From: Selaginella moellendorffii
Taxonomy: Eukaryota > Plantae > Lycopodiophyta
Assembly (NCBI RefSeq): GCF_000143415.4
Contig: NW_003314369.1
Location: 62,001-126,000 of the forward strand
Direction: 5' to 3'
Length of the DNA stretch: 64,000 bases
The translations under genes and the position numbers were made by a program. Position 1 is the stretch's first letter. Each line of letters begins with the position of its first letter. This document shows positions 1 to 12,840 of this stretch, piece after piece. The notes below the pieces were generated by a model that made no database searches, was not told the origin of the DNA, and saw nothing but the letters and a program-made list of their open reading frames with translations.

Positions 1-2920
1 CTCTCGTGAGATGTGTAGCATTTATCTTTCCATTCATTTGTGCGTGCTTGCAGGGCCATTCTCGTGGATTCTTCGCTGATGAAAGCGGAGACGGCTGCAC
101 CGGGAGATGGTAAGTCTTTTCAATGCTTCTGCTGCAGAGTTTTCCTCACCACGATTGTTTGCACAGCTGCTGCCAGAAGACCTCCAATAAAAGGGAAGAA
201 GGAACCGCCACCGAAGAAACGAAAGGTCACACCGGCAGGTAAGTTGCTGTGAGGGTGTTCTTAATTTTGCTGAAGAAATAAATTTTTTAGTGGTTCCTGC
301 TAAGTCTAAGCCACCTCCTGCTCATTCTGCCTCAGTACCGTCTAAGGAGAAAAATGGACCGCTACTAACTGCGGAGCCGGCTGTGCCTCCGGCAGCTCGC
401 TCTCCGCCTCTAGCTGCGACTGCATCCGCTCCTCCGCATTCTCTGCCAAGTGTGGAGAAGCGTGCGCTTGTCGAGGAGATCACCATCGGAAGCGCCTCGC
501 CAGCTAAAGCGGTTCCAAAGGAGAAGGAAAAGGAGAAGGAGAAGGAGAAAACGTCGGCGGCTACAACACCCGAAGTTCATGTCAAGACGACGACCTCTGC
601 CGGAGGAGCCGCAGGAGGAACAGTGAACATGACTGAATTGCGAAACACCATAATTGCTTTATTGACCGAAACCCCGAGGGGAATGAAGGTACAGTTTTAG
701 CTGCATACACGAAGCTCATCCTTGGTTTTGCAGGCTATTGAAAAATCATTAAGCGAAGTAATGCCGCAACCGGACAGAAGGAACATCGAGAAGATTTTAA
801 AATCGGTAACTTTAGTTTTATATTCTACATTTTTTCTCTACTTATGGTGTTTCATGCCTACAGATCGCTCTATATAAAGCTCCGGGAAAATACGAACTCA
901 AGCCTGGAGTTCAGCCGGAAAGTTATACAGGGCCATCTCCTGGAAGTGGCAGGTATGTTTATATTTCAAAGGCGCTCTTTTGTGCCGATCCGTAAGAATT
1001 GTTTTTTCTTCTTCAGTTTACCAGATGCAACGGCAGTGGACTCTCCTGAATCTCCTGCCGGTGCTGCTGAATCCAAGGCGGATGAGTTTGCGAAGTTACC
1101 TGCCGCAGGTGTCGAAGTAGAACGGATAGATATCGGGGAAGAGGATGAGAGTCCGGCGAAGTCACCAGTGCTACTAGAACATAAAACCAACGCCATACAA
1201 GAAAAGGACGAAGAGGAGGGAGAAGTTCAACCGGGAGGAACTCCAGGGGACGATGCTAATATTACTGTAGAGCCTTTGGAGGAGCCGAATCCTCCCAAGG
1301 CTGCGGCGAGCAGTGGTTCTAGTAGCACCAGTGGCAGCGATAGCGACTCTGATAGTGAAAGCGATAGCAGTAGCGGAAGCGGAAGTAGTGGAAGTAGTGG
1401 CAGCGAATCCAGCAGTAGCAGCGACGAGGAGGACGAAAATGTTGATATTGTGAGCGACGACGATAACCACAAGCCGAAAGCCAAAGCAGAGAAAAGGTCT
1501 CACAAATCCAAGCCTGCGAGTGCGAGACCTGGCTCCGAAAGAAAGACTCCTGACGAACTTCACAGAGATAAGGACTCCGAGGACATCGACATTGTTGACG
1601 CAGATGATAGCTCCAAACTCAACTCTATCGTGGAGAGAATAACGGAGACTATACCGTTAGAGGTTGACATTATTCCATGCGATGGTGACTCACCTGAAGA
1701 GGCACTGGAAGTCAAGAGCGACGTGCCTGAGTTGCCAGCTCCTACTCAAAGTCAGAGTCGACCGCGTGAAGACGAGAAGCGAGAAAAACCAGTCGAGCCT
1801 CCGGTCTCCAAGGCGCTGGAACAAAACTCGAGAGAACGAGCTTCTTCACGGGCACATACTGATAAAAAGTTGGAACCACATACACGAGACACCACTTTTG
1901 AAGCAGCAGAGGCGAGGAGTTCTGGCCCCGAGGCTTATCCAAGGACATCATCTGGACCTGAGGCTCATCCCAAACATTCTGGACCCGAGACTCATCCTCG
2001 ACCTTCTGGACCTCCTGCTAAAGTCGACGGACGCTCGAAGGTTTCTGTGAGAAAGAGCAAGCATCAACCGAAAGATAACGAGCCTCGAAAAGAGTTGGAC
2101 ACAGGAGCTCGGGTAGAGGCAGACAGGAACGAGCCTCGGAAAGAGTTTGATACAGGAGCTCGGGTAGAGGCGGACAGGAACGAGCCTCGGAAAGAGTTCG
2201 ATACAGGAGGTCGGATAGAGGCAGACAGGAAAGAGTTCGATACAGGAGCTCGGGTAGAGGCAGACAGGATACATTCCGATCCGGTTCCGGGAGGTACGTC
2301 TAAGGACACGGACTTTTTTGTTCCGTACGAGAAAGCCGTCAGCGAAGTGAGAGGTCCTATCAGAAGCCATGAACAGTACGTATTTTCTTTCTTCTTTTCT
2401 TTCTTTGATGTTTGTGTTAACTCTCGTCGTGGTCTTTCAGGTACATGGAGTATTGTCGCGAATACCGGGAGAAGTATCCTGTGTACATTCAACTGAATTC
2501 TTGTTTGGAAGGCGATAGGTACGTGTGGAAGCAATCTCATCTTTGTTTGTTTTTCTCATTTTTCTCGTGCCAGGGGAAGTTTTGAAAGATTGCAGAGAGA
2601 CATTGACATTGCGAAGAGCGCCAATGACAAGACTCGCCTCGCAGCCATCTATCAAAAGGTGAAACAGGACTATATGCATTGCCGCAAGGTGACATGAAAA
2701 CACTTCCCGTCCCGGTTGATCAGTCTTACTTACTGTGAACTTAACTTCCTTTCAGAGATTCAAGCGAATGAGCAAAACGTTCCTCTTGCTTCACGATGAA
2801 CTGCGGGTATGTTTATAGTGGAATCGTTTTGTTTTTCTAGATTTTGGAAACGATGCTCGCTCTTTGTTGTTCCAGACGCTCAAGGACAGATGCAAGGAGT
2901 ATGCTCGCCAAGCGTTGTAA
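1..2920 (+). CDS. Multi-exon Occludin/ELL-domain protein (low-complexity, dentin-sialophosphoprotein-like plant family); 5' end lies upstream of the window
   Basis: Large Ser/Asp/Glu-rich exon ~1017-2376. Small terminal exons joined at GT-AG sites read ...YEKAVSEVRGPIRSHEQ/YMEYCREYREKYPVYIQLNSCLEGD/..FERLQRDIDIAKSANDKTRLAAIYQKVKQDYMHCRK/RFKRMSKTFLLLHDELR/TLKDRCKEYARQAL*, with stop at 2918-2920. This matches the ELL/occludin C-terminal helical domain. Confidence 0.7.
2077..2268 (+). repeat. Coding minisatellite, 51-bp unit (NEPRKEFDTGARVEADR) x ~3.8
   Basis: Direct repeats of aacgagcctcggaaagagttYgatacaggagctcgggtagaggcagacagg. Confidence 0.9.
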
Positions 2921-3187
2921 ATACCACACAACATTCTTTCCAGAGGGAGTCGGCTCATTTTTATAAGGTAACTGAGTGTAAGGCTTAGCTAGACTGTACA
3001 TTGAGACTATTTTTTTTTCCTTTTTCTTATTGTGTGCCATTCGGGCACATATCGAGCGATGTGGTGCTTCGAGACGATGCCAAGACATTCTATCATTTGT
3101 ATAACGAAAGAAAAAATGAATCGAATTCTCATTTTTTTCTCCAGAAGTTTTCTCTCTTTCTCGCAGGCGTCGATAAAACTATAGAGC

Positions 3188-4731
3188 TCACAAGATGTTG
3201 ATCTCGTCCGAGTGAGCTTTGTCTCCTGCCATCTTGGCGTCGATGGTAGCTTTCATCACCGCCGCGGTCTTGAGCTCCGAGCTGCTCTTTCTGATGGGCG
3301 ATGTTGCTTGGCCTGGAGGTAGCGTGTCCAGCAGTGATGTCTCGTAGAGCGGCCCAACTGGATGAGATTCATAGCGGATGGGATTGGTGTCCGCGTCGGT
3401 GAATGCGTGAGGATGCATCGTTTCCATCTCCTGCCCCGTTCTCAATCGATACTTTCGAGCGTCTTCCTCGCTGTACAGGACGTAGTCGTGATATGTAGGA
3501 GCAAACTGTGGTAGCAAAACGAAAACGATTAAACCATGACAACAAATCCAAGAGAGCGAAGAAAGACTCTCAATTCACCTGGTGAACTGTGTCATAGACG
3601 ACGTCTTTGAGATTTAAGGCGTGCGTAAAGCTTCCGGCAAGTCCTCCTGCAGTACCCGCCTTTGATTCGGCGTAAGCCTTGAAAGGAAAGGCGTAGAGGT
3701 GCCCAACCGCAGCACCCGCCATCTCGATGCAGATTATAAAGTTTTGGACGTCCGCTGCGTCGTCGGCGTTCTTTATGAGCCCAGACTTTGCAGCCAGGAA
3801 AACCAGGACGCCCTGCGGGGGAACAGAAAAAGCAAAGTTAGATCCCATAAAACTTTGTTGCTTCCAAAGTTGATAACGGACCTGCCAGTACGTCAAGAAC
3901 ACCACTGACTTGATGATCACGAACTTTGGCACGGGCTTGAAAGGCCGGAGAAGCTCTTTGCAGGCGACGTAGAAGAGGACGAGCACGTACAGGGCTAGAG
4001 AGTAGGAGAGTGTGTAGATGATTGTGATGTACAGGTAGCTCTGCCGCGTGCTAAAGTTCCCGTCTTCGTACTTGTTCTTGGCGTACAGAATAAAAGTCAC
4101 CGCAACGAGAACGGGCTTGAGAATGACGAATTGCAAGCAGCCTTGCTTGCATCTTCGAATGAAACGCCTGTGCAAATCCAGAGAACGGGGCATCAGCACC
4201 GACCAAGAAATGGATGCGTTTGCATACCCGTCGAGAGGAATGGGAGCGAAGCAACAAGTCATCAGCTGGATTGATGGCTTCAAAACTCGACCACTTAAGT
4301 TCTGGACTGCGACGCCGGGACCGCCGACCCAAGCTAGGCACAGGGACAAGAAGTTGTAGATCACGAAGGCTTCGTATCTACAAAGAAACAAAAGTCAGAT
4401 CCACGAAAGAGAGGAAAAAGAAAATGAAAGACTTGGGAGGAGTGGAACTTACATATCTCGTATAGAGTTGAAGTAAATGGATTTGTCGTTCAACACGAGC
4501 GAGAGGAAAGACATCATCGCATAGACCTGCGAAGAACTCGGCCGTGAGGCCCAAGAACGAAAGAAAAAAAAGCTTTGTTCTTACCGGAACCATGAAGATG
4601 ATCCTCACAATGTAGCGTTGGAACGTCGGCTCCGTGTAGTTCATGAGATGCATGTAAATATGCCATGTGGAGAGTAGCACCGCGGCACAGGTACACAGTG
4701 CCGAGAATCCCAGGACCTCAATCGACGCCAT
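3188..4731 (-). CDS. TMEM184/organic solute transporter OST-alpha (DUF300, LAZ1-like) membrane protein, multi-exon
   Basis: Motifs HIYMHLMNYTEPTFQRYIVRIIFMVPV, YEAFVIYNFLSL, CKQGCLQFVILKP, PKFVIIKSVVFLTYWQG, QNFIICIEM, HQFAPTYHDYVLY; short GT-AG introns. Confidence 0.92.
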
Positions 4732-4939
4732 TTGCTGCCCTAAATCCAGATCTTTGTAGCGATTCAAGACACTCATAGGCTTACTTCGTAGAAATCCCCA
4801 GCTTTCATCGCCAGAATGAGCTCCTCCCCAGCTCCATTCCCACAATGCTGCTGCAAATCTAGAACACGCCTCTCACGGAGCTAAGCTATGCCGGGAATCA
4901 CTACTCTGGCCGCCCTCCAATTCGCGCTGCCGGGCCATC

Positions 4940-5060
4940 GATCCAAGAACCCTAATCCCGAGTGGAGGAAGGGGATACTCGTCACGCCCGTCAAACTAAA
5001 GGGTGTTTGCTAGGCTGTCCCGTCAACGTTATTTTTCATATTCTAGGGTTTAGCTAGGGT
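4940..5060. promoter_or_regulatory. Short bidirectional promoter with telo-box-like motifs
   Basis: Divergent ATGs at 4731(-) and 5072(+), only ~340 bp apart; aaccctaa at ~4948 and tagggttt at ~5044. Confidence 0.4.
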
Positions 5061-5071
5061 TCTTGGCCAGG

Positions 5072-7639
5072 ATGGGAAGAATGAAGAGGGCCAGCGCGTT
5101 CGTGGTCGCTGTGGCGCAGAAGCTCGTCCGGGACGATCGATCGGCTGCAATGTGTCGTCTGCAGCCGCTCCTGGAGCGCGCCATTGCGGATTTGCCTTCC
5201 GGGAAGCTGCGATCGGCGCTGGAATCCGATTTGCCGAGGTATGGAGACCTACTGTGCAAGACAGTGAAGGAAATGCTGGATTCTACTCAATGCGAGGAGC
5301 TGCCGGGTGATAATCTGCTCCAGGTTTCACAGGGACCGGTAGTGACAGACGCGGCTTTTGGAAAATCTGTGGAAGCTGTGATAGTGGCTGTAGAGAATTT
5401 GGCAGGGCACGGTGAGAGATTGAAGGAATGGATTAGTTCGTGTAGGAGGCTCTTGGTGTGTCGTCCGGATTCTCCATTGGCCTTGTGGTGGGCGTACGCA
5501 GCACTGGAGCTCCATTGCTCACAGGATTTGGCATTAGCACAGGAAAACAAGGAGAAGGTGGCAGTTCACGTTATCTCCTCGGCCAAGGATTTGATGCATC
5601 GTTTGAGAGGGTTGACGACAAATCCATTTGCTGCGGTGGCTGCGATGGCTCCCGTGGTTGCTGCTCTTTCGGAAGCTGGCTCTATCATCACATCTTCTGG
5701 TTCCTGTCCATCAAAGTCGTGGCGCAACGCTGTAAAGTTGCTCGAGTTGGCATGCAAGGAGGTTTTGGGAAGCATAGCGCTTTACACAAGTCGACAGCAA
5801 GCGAGGCCATCTCAAACTCTAAGGAGCGACGATTCTTCGTCGTTGGATTTTCGAGGCCTGGTACTGGCTGGAAAGGGACTGATGAAGCTGACCGGGATCG
5901 AGAACAGCGACAACAAAGGTGTTGCGAAGCTTTTTCCACTCTCCTCGAAAGCGATGAAGAATTCGATGATGGTGGAAAGTGGTGACATGGAAACCTGTGC
6001 AGGCATTGTAGCTTCTGAGGCCGTGCTACTGCGAGTGATCGTGAGCGTCCTGGAACTGCGCGGTAAGAGTGAGAAGAAGGTGGACTTGGAAAATCACGAT
6101 TTTTCGGAGCGCCTCAAGTTTCTGGCGGTGCACGGTGCAGGTCAGCTAGATTTATTTGCTCTCCCTCTCTAACTAACCTCTGACTTTCAGCAGATATGCT
6201 TGTGGATGTGTTATTGGATCCAATTCTTCCGGTGGAACATATTTTGGTGAGTTTTTCTTTCATTTGCATTTCTCATGCCGCGTACTTTCATCCAGAACAC
6301 GGAGGAAGAATTATTCTTGAGAGGAATCCTGTACGATGTTGTGCTGGCAGATTTACCTAGACTCAACGACCAGCACCTTGGAGCCAACGCAAAGTTTTCT
6401 CTCTTTTTGAAAAAGATTGGGCTAGCGCAACGTGCAATGGAGTTTTATAGGTGCGTTTAAGTTGTCGATGTACTTGAGATATTTATTATGTTACAAAACA
6501 GATTACGAGGTGCCCGAACAAAAGCCGTTGAACTTTCCTCCCGGCTACCGTCATGGAGTGTCCCAGCTGGATTTGCTCAGTGGTTACAGTCGTCTAAAAT
6601 GGAAGGCAAGCCTGCCGATAATATACTCTTGAACCCGCGCACCTTGATAGGTACCTTGTTTTACGTTATTGCTGTCGTTTGTGCTGAGTTGTTTGGTTTA
6701 TCAGGGTGGCTGACAAGCGTTAACGAGGAAGTTCTTGCATCTACCATAGCGAATTGTGTTTCTGAGAAGGGTCGCAGCAAGAAGATCGATCAAGCTACAG
6801 ATGCTGAAGAAGTTGGCAACATTTTCTTTGTTGATACGAAGGGAGATTCTGATATACAGGGCGACAAAGAAGAACTAGAAGCGGCTGACCGAGCCTTTGC
6901 TAGCGCAGCTGAATGCATACAAGAAGAACACGCAAAGGACGCACAGGAATCAGCTGAGAGTGAGGGAGGAGATTCAGATGAAAGCGACAAAGAGGAAGAA
7001 AATGCGCAGGAGGAGGATGGAGGGAATAAACAGGAAAGTAAACAGGACCCTGATACGACAGGAATGGTGATAATTGATGGTCTTCGGCACGACATTGAAG
7101 TTGTTTTGGTCAGTGAAGCTGCACTTTCGAAGATGGAAGTTTCAGAACCCGAGGTCGCTGTAGCTGAAGCTGCGGAGGCTTTTGCTGCTCAGGATGCACC
7201 TACTACAATCGACGCAAGGATTGACGAACCGGATGAACCTGCTACACTCAATTCAAGGATTGACGAACCCGATGAACCTGCTACACTCTATTCAAGGATT
7301 GACGAACCGGAGGACAATGCCGAGAAAATGGAAAGTGATCAACAGTTTTCTACCCCTGTTGAGGAGAAGCCACAGCCAGTAGCCGGAGCAGAAGTGGAAG
7401 AGACGAATGAAGCTAAGATACCGAAAATACCGAAAACACCGAAGACGTCGAGAAGCTCGGTGGTTACTACACCGCAATCTCTGCCGGTGGTTCGTTGCAC
7501 TCGCAGTGGTAGAAAATACGGCGATTTTGTGCAACAATCTGTGCCTGCGTCAATGAAGAGACGGAGGGTTTCAAAAACAGAAGCAGACGCCGCCGCTGTT
7601 GCCGCAGATTCACAAGTACCTGAACAGGTGCAACACTAA
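5072..7639 (+). CDS. Uncharacterised plant protein, multi-exon, with an acidic/disordered C-terminus
   Basis: Long ORFs 5063-6172 and 6488-7639 linked by small GT-AG introns and short exons; helical N-terminal region, NIFFVDTKGD motif, terminal basic cluster KRRRV. Confidence 0.7.
7215..7310 (+). repeat. Coding minisatellite, 39-bp unit (RIDEPDEPATLxS) x ~2.5
   Basis: aggattgacgaaccNgatgaacctgctacactc repeated. Confidence 0.85.
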
Positions 7640-7845
7640 TCCCAAAGATTGTTCTGTCATCATTTCGCAATTTCTAAGGTGATATTTTTCATCGCATATT
7701 TAATTCATTATGAGATGTTTGCTGTCACATTTTGTCGCAGGACTCGATCAAATTCTCTGGTGTAGGACGAGGAAACATTGTGCATATCGCTGCGGGGCCA
7801 GCACACAGCCAGCTTTTATTGGTGGAACACTTGGGATGTCCAGCA

Positions 7846-7853
7846 GAATATGC
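7846..7853 (+). promoter_or_regulatory. P1BS (PHR1-binding, GNATATNC) element upstream of PHT1
   Basis: GAATATGC ~170 bp upstream of the PHT1 ATG; P1BS is typical of phosphate-starvation-induced PHT1 promoters. Confidence 0.55.
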
Positions 7854-8024
7854 AGCTTGGGCGGGATTATTTATCTTCAATAATTGGCTTCATAACTACG
7901 CACAAGGAGGAGCAGGAACGCAGCCTTTTTTTTCAAGGTGTGGTCTCTCATATCCTTTTAGATGTGTATCTAACTTGTCAGACTTTTCTTTTTCTTTTCC
8001 TAGACGAAGGAGCTGCCGAAGGAA

Positions 8025-9698
8025 ATGGCTAGAGACCAACTGGAAGTTCTCCATGCTCTGGACAAAGCCAAGACGCAGTGGTATCATGTTACAGCCGTTG
8101 TCATTGCGGGAATGGGATTCTTCACAGACGCTTACGACCTCTTCTGCATCTCGTTGCTGACAAAGCTCCTCGGACGCATTTACTACTACGATCCACACAC
8201 CGGGAAGCCAGGCACGTTGCCAGTGCAAGTCAATGCCGCTGTGAGCGGAGTGGCTCTCTGTGGAACTCTGGCTGGACAGCTCTTCTTTGGATGGCTCGGT
8301 GACAAACTGGGACGGAAGAATGTGTATGGTCTCACGCTGCTGCTGATGGTTATCTGCTCCATAGCTTCCGGCCTCTCCTTCGGCAGCACCGCGCAGTCCG
8401 TCATGACCACCTTGTGCTTCTTCCGGTTCTGGCTCGGCTTCGGCATTGGGGGCGACTATCCTCTCTCGGCCACCATCATGTCGGAGTACGCCAACACAAA
8501 GACGAGGGGAGCTTTTATAGCTGCAGTGTTCGCTATGCAAGGCTTCGGCATCCTCGCAGCGGCTATCGTCACGATCGTCGTGTCAGCAGCTTTCAAGCAT
8601 GCTTTCCCGACTCCCAAGTTTTTTGAAGACCCGATCGCCTCGACGCCAGTCCAGGCAGACTTTGTCTGGAGGATTATCTTCATGCTGGGAAGCATCCCCG
8701 CTCTCGCAACGTTCTACTGGCGTATGAAAATGCCAGAGACAGCACGGTACACAGCTCTAGTCGAGAAGAGGCTCGATCAAGCCGCCGCCGATATGAGCAA
8801 GGTGCTCCGGGTGGACCTCCCGGTGGACAACAAAGCCGTGAGCACCGTCAAGGCCGAGGACGAGTACACTCTGATCTCTTGGAAGTTCGCGAGGAAGCAC
8901 GGTATACAGCTCCTGGGAACCACGACGACATGGTTCCTGCTCGACGTTGCCTTCTACAGCCAGCAAATCTTCCAGAAAGATATCTACACCCAGGTTGGCT
9001 ATCTCAAGCAGGCGAAGCAACTGGCAGCTCTGGAAGAGACGCTCGATCTCGCGAAAGCACAAGCTCTGGTGGCTATGTTCGGCACGGTCCCTGGCTACTG
9101 GTTCACAGTCGCGCTCATCGACCACCTTGGAAGGTTCACGATTCAGCTTATGGGATTTTTCATGATGACCGTGTTCATGTTTGCTCTGGCCATTCCATAC
9201 GAGAGCTACTGGCGAGGCCAACACAAGAACCACGACACCGGGAAGTACATGGGGGGACACAACCATGGCTTCATCGCCCTCTTCGGCCTGACGTTCTTCT
9301 TCGCGAACTTCGGGCCCAACAGCACGACTTTCATCGTCCCGGCGGAGCTGTTCCCGGCCAGGCTCCGCGCGACTTGTCACGGTATCTCGGCAGCAGCAGG
9401 CAAAGCCGGTGCCATCATCGGCACCTTTGGCTTCGCTTACGCATCGCAATCGAGGCACCGCGCGGAGCTTGACAGTGGCTACGATCGTCCAGGCATTGGC
9501 ATGCAGAGGTCGCTCATAGTCTTGGCTTTCGCCAATCTCGCGGGCTTCTGCTTCACTTGGCTGGTTCCGGAAACTAAAGGCAAGAGCCTCGAAGATTTGT
9601 CCGGAGAGAACGATGAGGAAACGACGACGACGACGACCTCCATGGCTCAAGCTCCAGATGCCAACAACAGTGCTACCAATGGATCTAGCGCCGTCTAG
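8025..9698 (+). CDS. PHT1: PHT1-family inorganic phosphate:H+ symporter (MFS), intronless CDS
   Basis: 557 aa; signature [13 protein letters not shown], plus [31 protein letters not shown] and PETKGKSLE. Confidence 0.97.
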   Translation: MARDQLEVLHALDKAKTQWYHVTAVVIAGMGFFTDAYDLFCISLLTKLLGRIYYYDPHTGKPGTLPVQVNAAVSGVALCGTLAGQLFFGWLGDKLGRKNVYGLTLLLMVICSIASGLSFGSTAQSVMTTLCFFRFWLGFGIGGDYPLSATIMSEYANTKTRGAFIAAVFAMQGFGILAAAIVTIVVSAAFKHAFPTPKFFEDPIASTPVQADFVWRIIFMLGSIPALATFYWRMKMPETARYTALVEKRLDQAAADMSKVLRVDLPVDNKAVSTVKAEDEYTLISWKFARKHGIQLLGTTTTWFLLDVAFYSQQIFQKDIYTQVGYLKQAKQLAALEETLDLAKAQALVAMFGTVPGYWFTVALIDHLGRFTIQLMGFFMMTVFMFALAIPYESYWRGQHKNHDTGKYMGGHNHGFIALFGLTFFFANFGPNSTTFIVPAELFPARLRATCHGISAAAGKAGAIIGTFGFAYASQSRHRAELDSGYDRPGIGMQRSLIVLAFANLAGFCFTWLVPETKGKSLEDLSGENDEETTTTTTSMAQAPDANNSATNGSSAV

Positions 9699-9941
9699 AC
9701 AAAAGCTTTTTAGTTTTGGTTTCTCTTACTCTCTAGTGTTAGTGTGTGACAAATAAACTATGTGGGATCCCAGGGAAAGAAAAGCTTGAATCTTCTGTGC
9801 CCACCACCTTTTAGTACAAATCCCATTGCTCAGTAATGCTTGTATCTTTTCCAAGGTTTCTTTTCTATCAGTCCTGTTACCTTTTCTACCAGTCCTGTGG
9901 AAAACAAGAGAGTTTTTCCAGAGTCCTACAATACATACATT

Positions 9942-11427
9942 CTAGAAATGCTTGTTACGTCTCCTTCGTCCTCCACTCTTTCGGGAAGAGTTTGCTTGCA
10001 AGCTTTCCACTCGCTTGGCCTTGCTACCCGACGATCTCTTCGCTTTCCTCGCACCAACCAGCTCCGTCCTTGCGAATTTCCCCACCACGGCCTCCCGCGC
10101 CGGCACGGCTTTGATGGGCAGATTGTTGAGATAGCTGAGGCGAGGAGCGATGGCTCCCACCAGCCGCTTGAGCTGCTCGTCGCCCAAGTTGAGAAGAACC
10201 GCGTTGCCAAGCAGGTTTAAGACCTGTAAGCAGCTGTAGTTTGCCGCGAGCTGGAGCAGAGACTTCGCAGTCGTGAGCCTGTTGTTGCTGAGATCGAGCA
10301 GGAAAAGCTTCCTCAGGCGGTGGAGCCCCTCGACTTCGCTGATTTTGTTGCCGGAGAGGTAGAGCTCTCGTACCGAGGTACAGTTTCCCAGGCCTGTGAC
10401 GATTCGTTCGTTAATACCGGTTTCAGCTGACAAGTCCTTAATAGAGGGGAAAAAAACCACACTTGTTTAAAAATATCTTACCATGTCCAACTCGTGAAAT
10501 GCGATTGTGGGACAGGTTGAGAATGCGCAGCCTGCTTAGTCCTCGAAGCCCCTCGATCACCGAGATCTTGTTTCGGGAGAGGTCGAGAAAGTGAAGGTTC
10601 CTGGGGAGACATCCCGGAGGAATTTTAGCTGTAGGAAAAAGAAGTCAGAGAAACTCTAGAAAAGAAAACGAGAGATCTCACCGATGGAGTTTCCAGAGAT
10701 CGAAAGGCTCCGTAAGTTGTTGAAAGCTCCCAGCAAAGGAGGAGACTTGAGGCCGATCCCGGCCAAGTGAGCGCTCCCTGCCAGCGGATCTAAGGACTGG
10801 ACGACGAGATCGTTGAGCTCTCTATCCGGGTCACTTTGATCTTCGGCCGCAGTAGCAGCTTGAGCACAAGTATCCTGTTCTGGATCTTCCTCGCCGGACT
10901 TATCCATCTCGTCGAGTTCCTCGAGGTTCCGGACCCAGTCTTCGACATGCTTCAAGGCGGAGCGAATAGAACCATCGTATCTTTCCTCTTCGTCACCATC
11001 CTTGGTGCCGTAAGCTGGATGATAATCGCTACCACTTGGCTGGATGACGATGGGAGAAAACTCTGCCGAAGACGAGAAGCTGGTAGAGGGCGTCTTGCAA
11101 TCCTCCGGATCTGGAAGCGATCTCACGCTCGCGCTGGAGCTCTTCAAGTCAGTAGTAGCGAGTGTTTGCTTTTCTGGATCCTTGGAGCCACCAGTTGTCG
11201 GTGATGCATCATCTCCCGGCCAGACTTTAGCTTTTCCCGAAACTTCTCTGCTTAGATCCAGTCTCCTCTCGGACAAGGAAGCGTCGTTGTTTTTCTTCTT
11301 GTCCTTCTTCTACACAAACAATCATTCCAGTCAAGAAAGATTCGCGAGAAAAGAAAAATAAACACTGTACCTGTGAGCTCCACGAAGAGAAGACCGGAAA
11401 GCACGAAATAGTTCTCATCACTGCCAT
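9942..11427 (-). CDS. SDS22-type leucine-rich-repeat protein (outer-arm dynein light chain 1-like plant family), multi-exon
   Basis: LRRs LRSLSISGNSI, LHFLDLSRNKISVIEGLRGLSRLRILNLSHNRI, VRELYLSGNKISEVEGLHRLRKLFLLDLSNNRL, LQVLNLLGN; probable start MAVMRTISCF at 11427. Confidence 0.85.
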
Positions 11428-12015
11428 GGTGGCGTATGATTTGAGAAACGAGATATGGAGATAGAGAGAGAGAGAGAGGGGCTCGCAAAAGACCCCACCG
11501 TCCACGCAGAATTAGCCGTAGTCTACATGAACGCTCTGCGCTCCAACGAATCTGTGATACATTAAAATCACCGATCACGCTCTCTGCTGGATCACACACA
11601 CAATGAGAGTGAGAATTCGCGAATACAAACCCCAGAGGAGCAAAATCAAGCTCAATCCACCACAATGCGGGTGCCCACTTACCTCACAGATCATTCCACC
11701 GCATCCGCGATCACAAATCCAGCGCATTGGAGCTCGCCGCCACGCATCGATCGATCGATCGATCGCCAAGAACACTCTCTTTCTTCTCTCTGGGCGCTCT
11801 ACTTAATATCCTAGCAACAAAAGGTAAGAAGAATTTCCTTGACGCGTTTTACTTTTACCTGGGAGACACGTGCCCGGCGCTCAGTGGGAGGCCGAAACAC
11901 GTACATGTCCCGAGGATATGCCGCCATTCGTCCTTTCCAAAATACATTCTTTTAAAAGAGGCTTCTAGAAGAGGAAAACTCCAAAAAAAACCCCAGCCGT
12001 CGATCCCATCCTCTT

Positions 12016-12156
12016 TGCGAGTGCTGGTTGGTGGACCGACCATTGAACGCGACTCGCGGTTTCAAAGGCGTACGAAGCGTACGCCCGTAGAGATCGTTGT
12101 CCGTAGCTCCGGGGGCCATCACCGGTTCGAATCCAGCCAAAAGCGTTGCAATTTTT
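12016..12156 (+). ncRNA. Candidate structured, tRNA-related element (SINE head or Pol III-type RNA relic)
   Basis: Hairpins gcgagt..actcgc, tggttgg/ccgacca and ggcgtacg/cgtacgcc; B-box/T-loop GGTTCGAATCC at ~12124; T-run after it; degenerate copy at ~12566-12630. No canonical cloverleaf. Confidence 0.3.
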
Positions 12157-12840
12157 CTCCCCTTGGGCTTGTTTTCTGCCAGGACAGTTGGTTACCACAT
12201 GTTTCTGAGACAAAATAAAAACGTCAGAGAGATAAAAAATATCAGTATAAAGGTTAAAACTTGGTTGGTTCGTTCGAAGAAAGCTCCATTTGACTTTGCC
12301 ACTGTAAAGCCTGCCCTGTTTTGTTTCTCTGCAACTAAAGCACTAAGTTTGTTTGATCGCAGTTTTTTTCGTGAGATAATTTCTGTTCGATGGTATTCAG
12401 CCCTTCTTCTTCTTCTTTATCATCTATAGATCGTTCGAAGAAAGAGTGCCACTTTTGTCCTCCTTGGAAATGTGCCTTGTTTTGTTTCTCTGCAAGTAAA
12501 GCATTAAATTCATACTGGAAGAACTGGAAACGTATATGATACATACTCTTGGATACACTCAGTGTACCCGTAGACCGTAGGTCCGTGGACAAGCACCAGT
12601 TGGAATCCAGCCAAAGCGTTTGAGATTTTTCTCCTCTTGGTTTTTCTTTCTGCCAGGGCAGTTGAAAGTGGACAAGTTACCACATGTTTCTGGAGAAAAG
12701 AAACAAAAAAATATAATCGGTATGGAGGTTTGTTTTTTTATCGTCTGCAACTGTAAAGCCTGGCTTGCTTTCTTTCTCTGCAAGTAAAAGCACTGAGTTC
12801 GTACTGGAAGAACTAGAAATCATATGATACATACTCTTGT
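12085..12840. repeat. Degenerate local tandem duplications
   Basis: ccgtag..gaatccagccaaa..gttaccacatgtttctg occurs at ~12085-12210 and ~12567-12695; ttctctgcaa(g/c)taaagca occurs three times (~12326, ~12486, ~12774). Confidence 0.75.

Noticed and set aside
8757-9650. 297-aa antisense ORF over PHT1, and similarly 23676-24644 over the Cry-like gene and 21578-22225 over G3PDH
   Set aside because: Shadow ORFs of GC3-rich coding sequence; no motifs.
11746-11765. (GATC)n tracts here and at ~22956-22975, and (GCTCGC)n at ~34202
   Set aside because: Ordinary 5'-UTR microsatellites.
12055-12145. tRNA-Sec (TTCAAA anticodon-like string) or intron-containing tRNA-Tyr
   Set aside because: No anticodon stem or acceptor stem can be formed in the required geometry.
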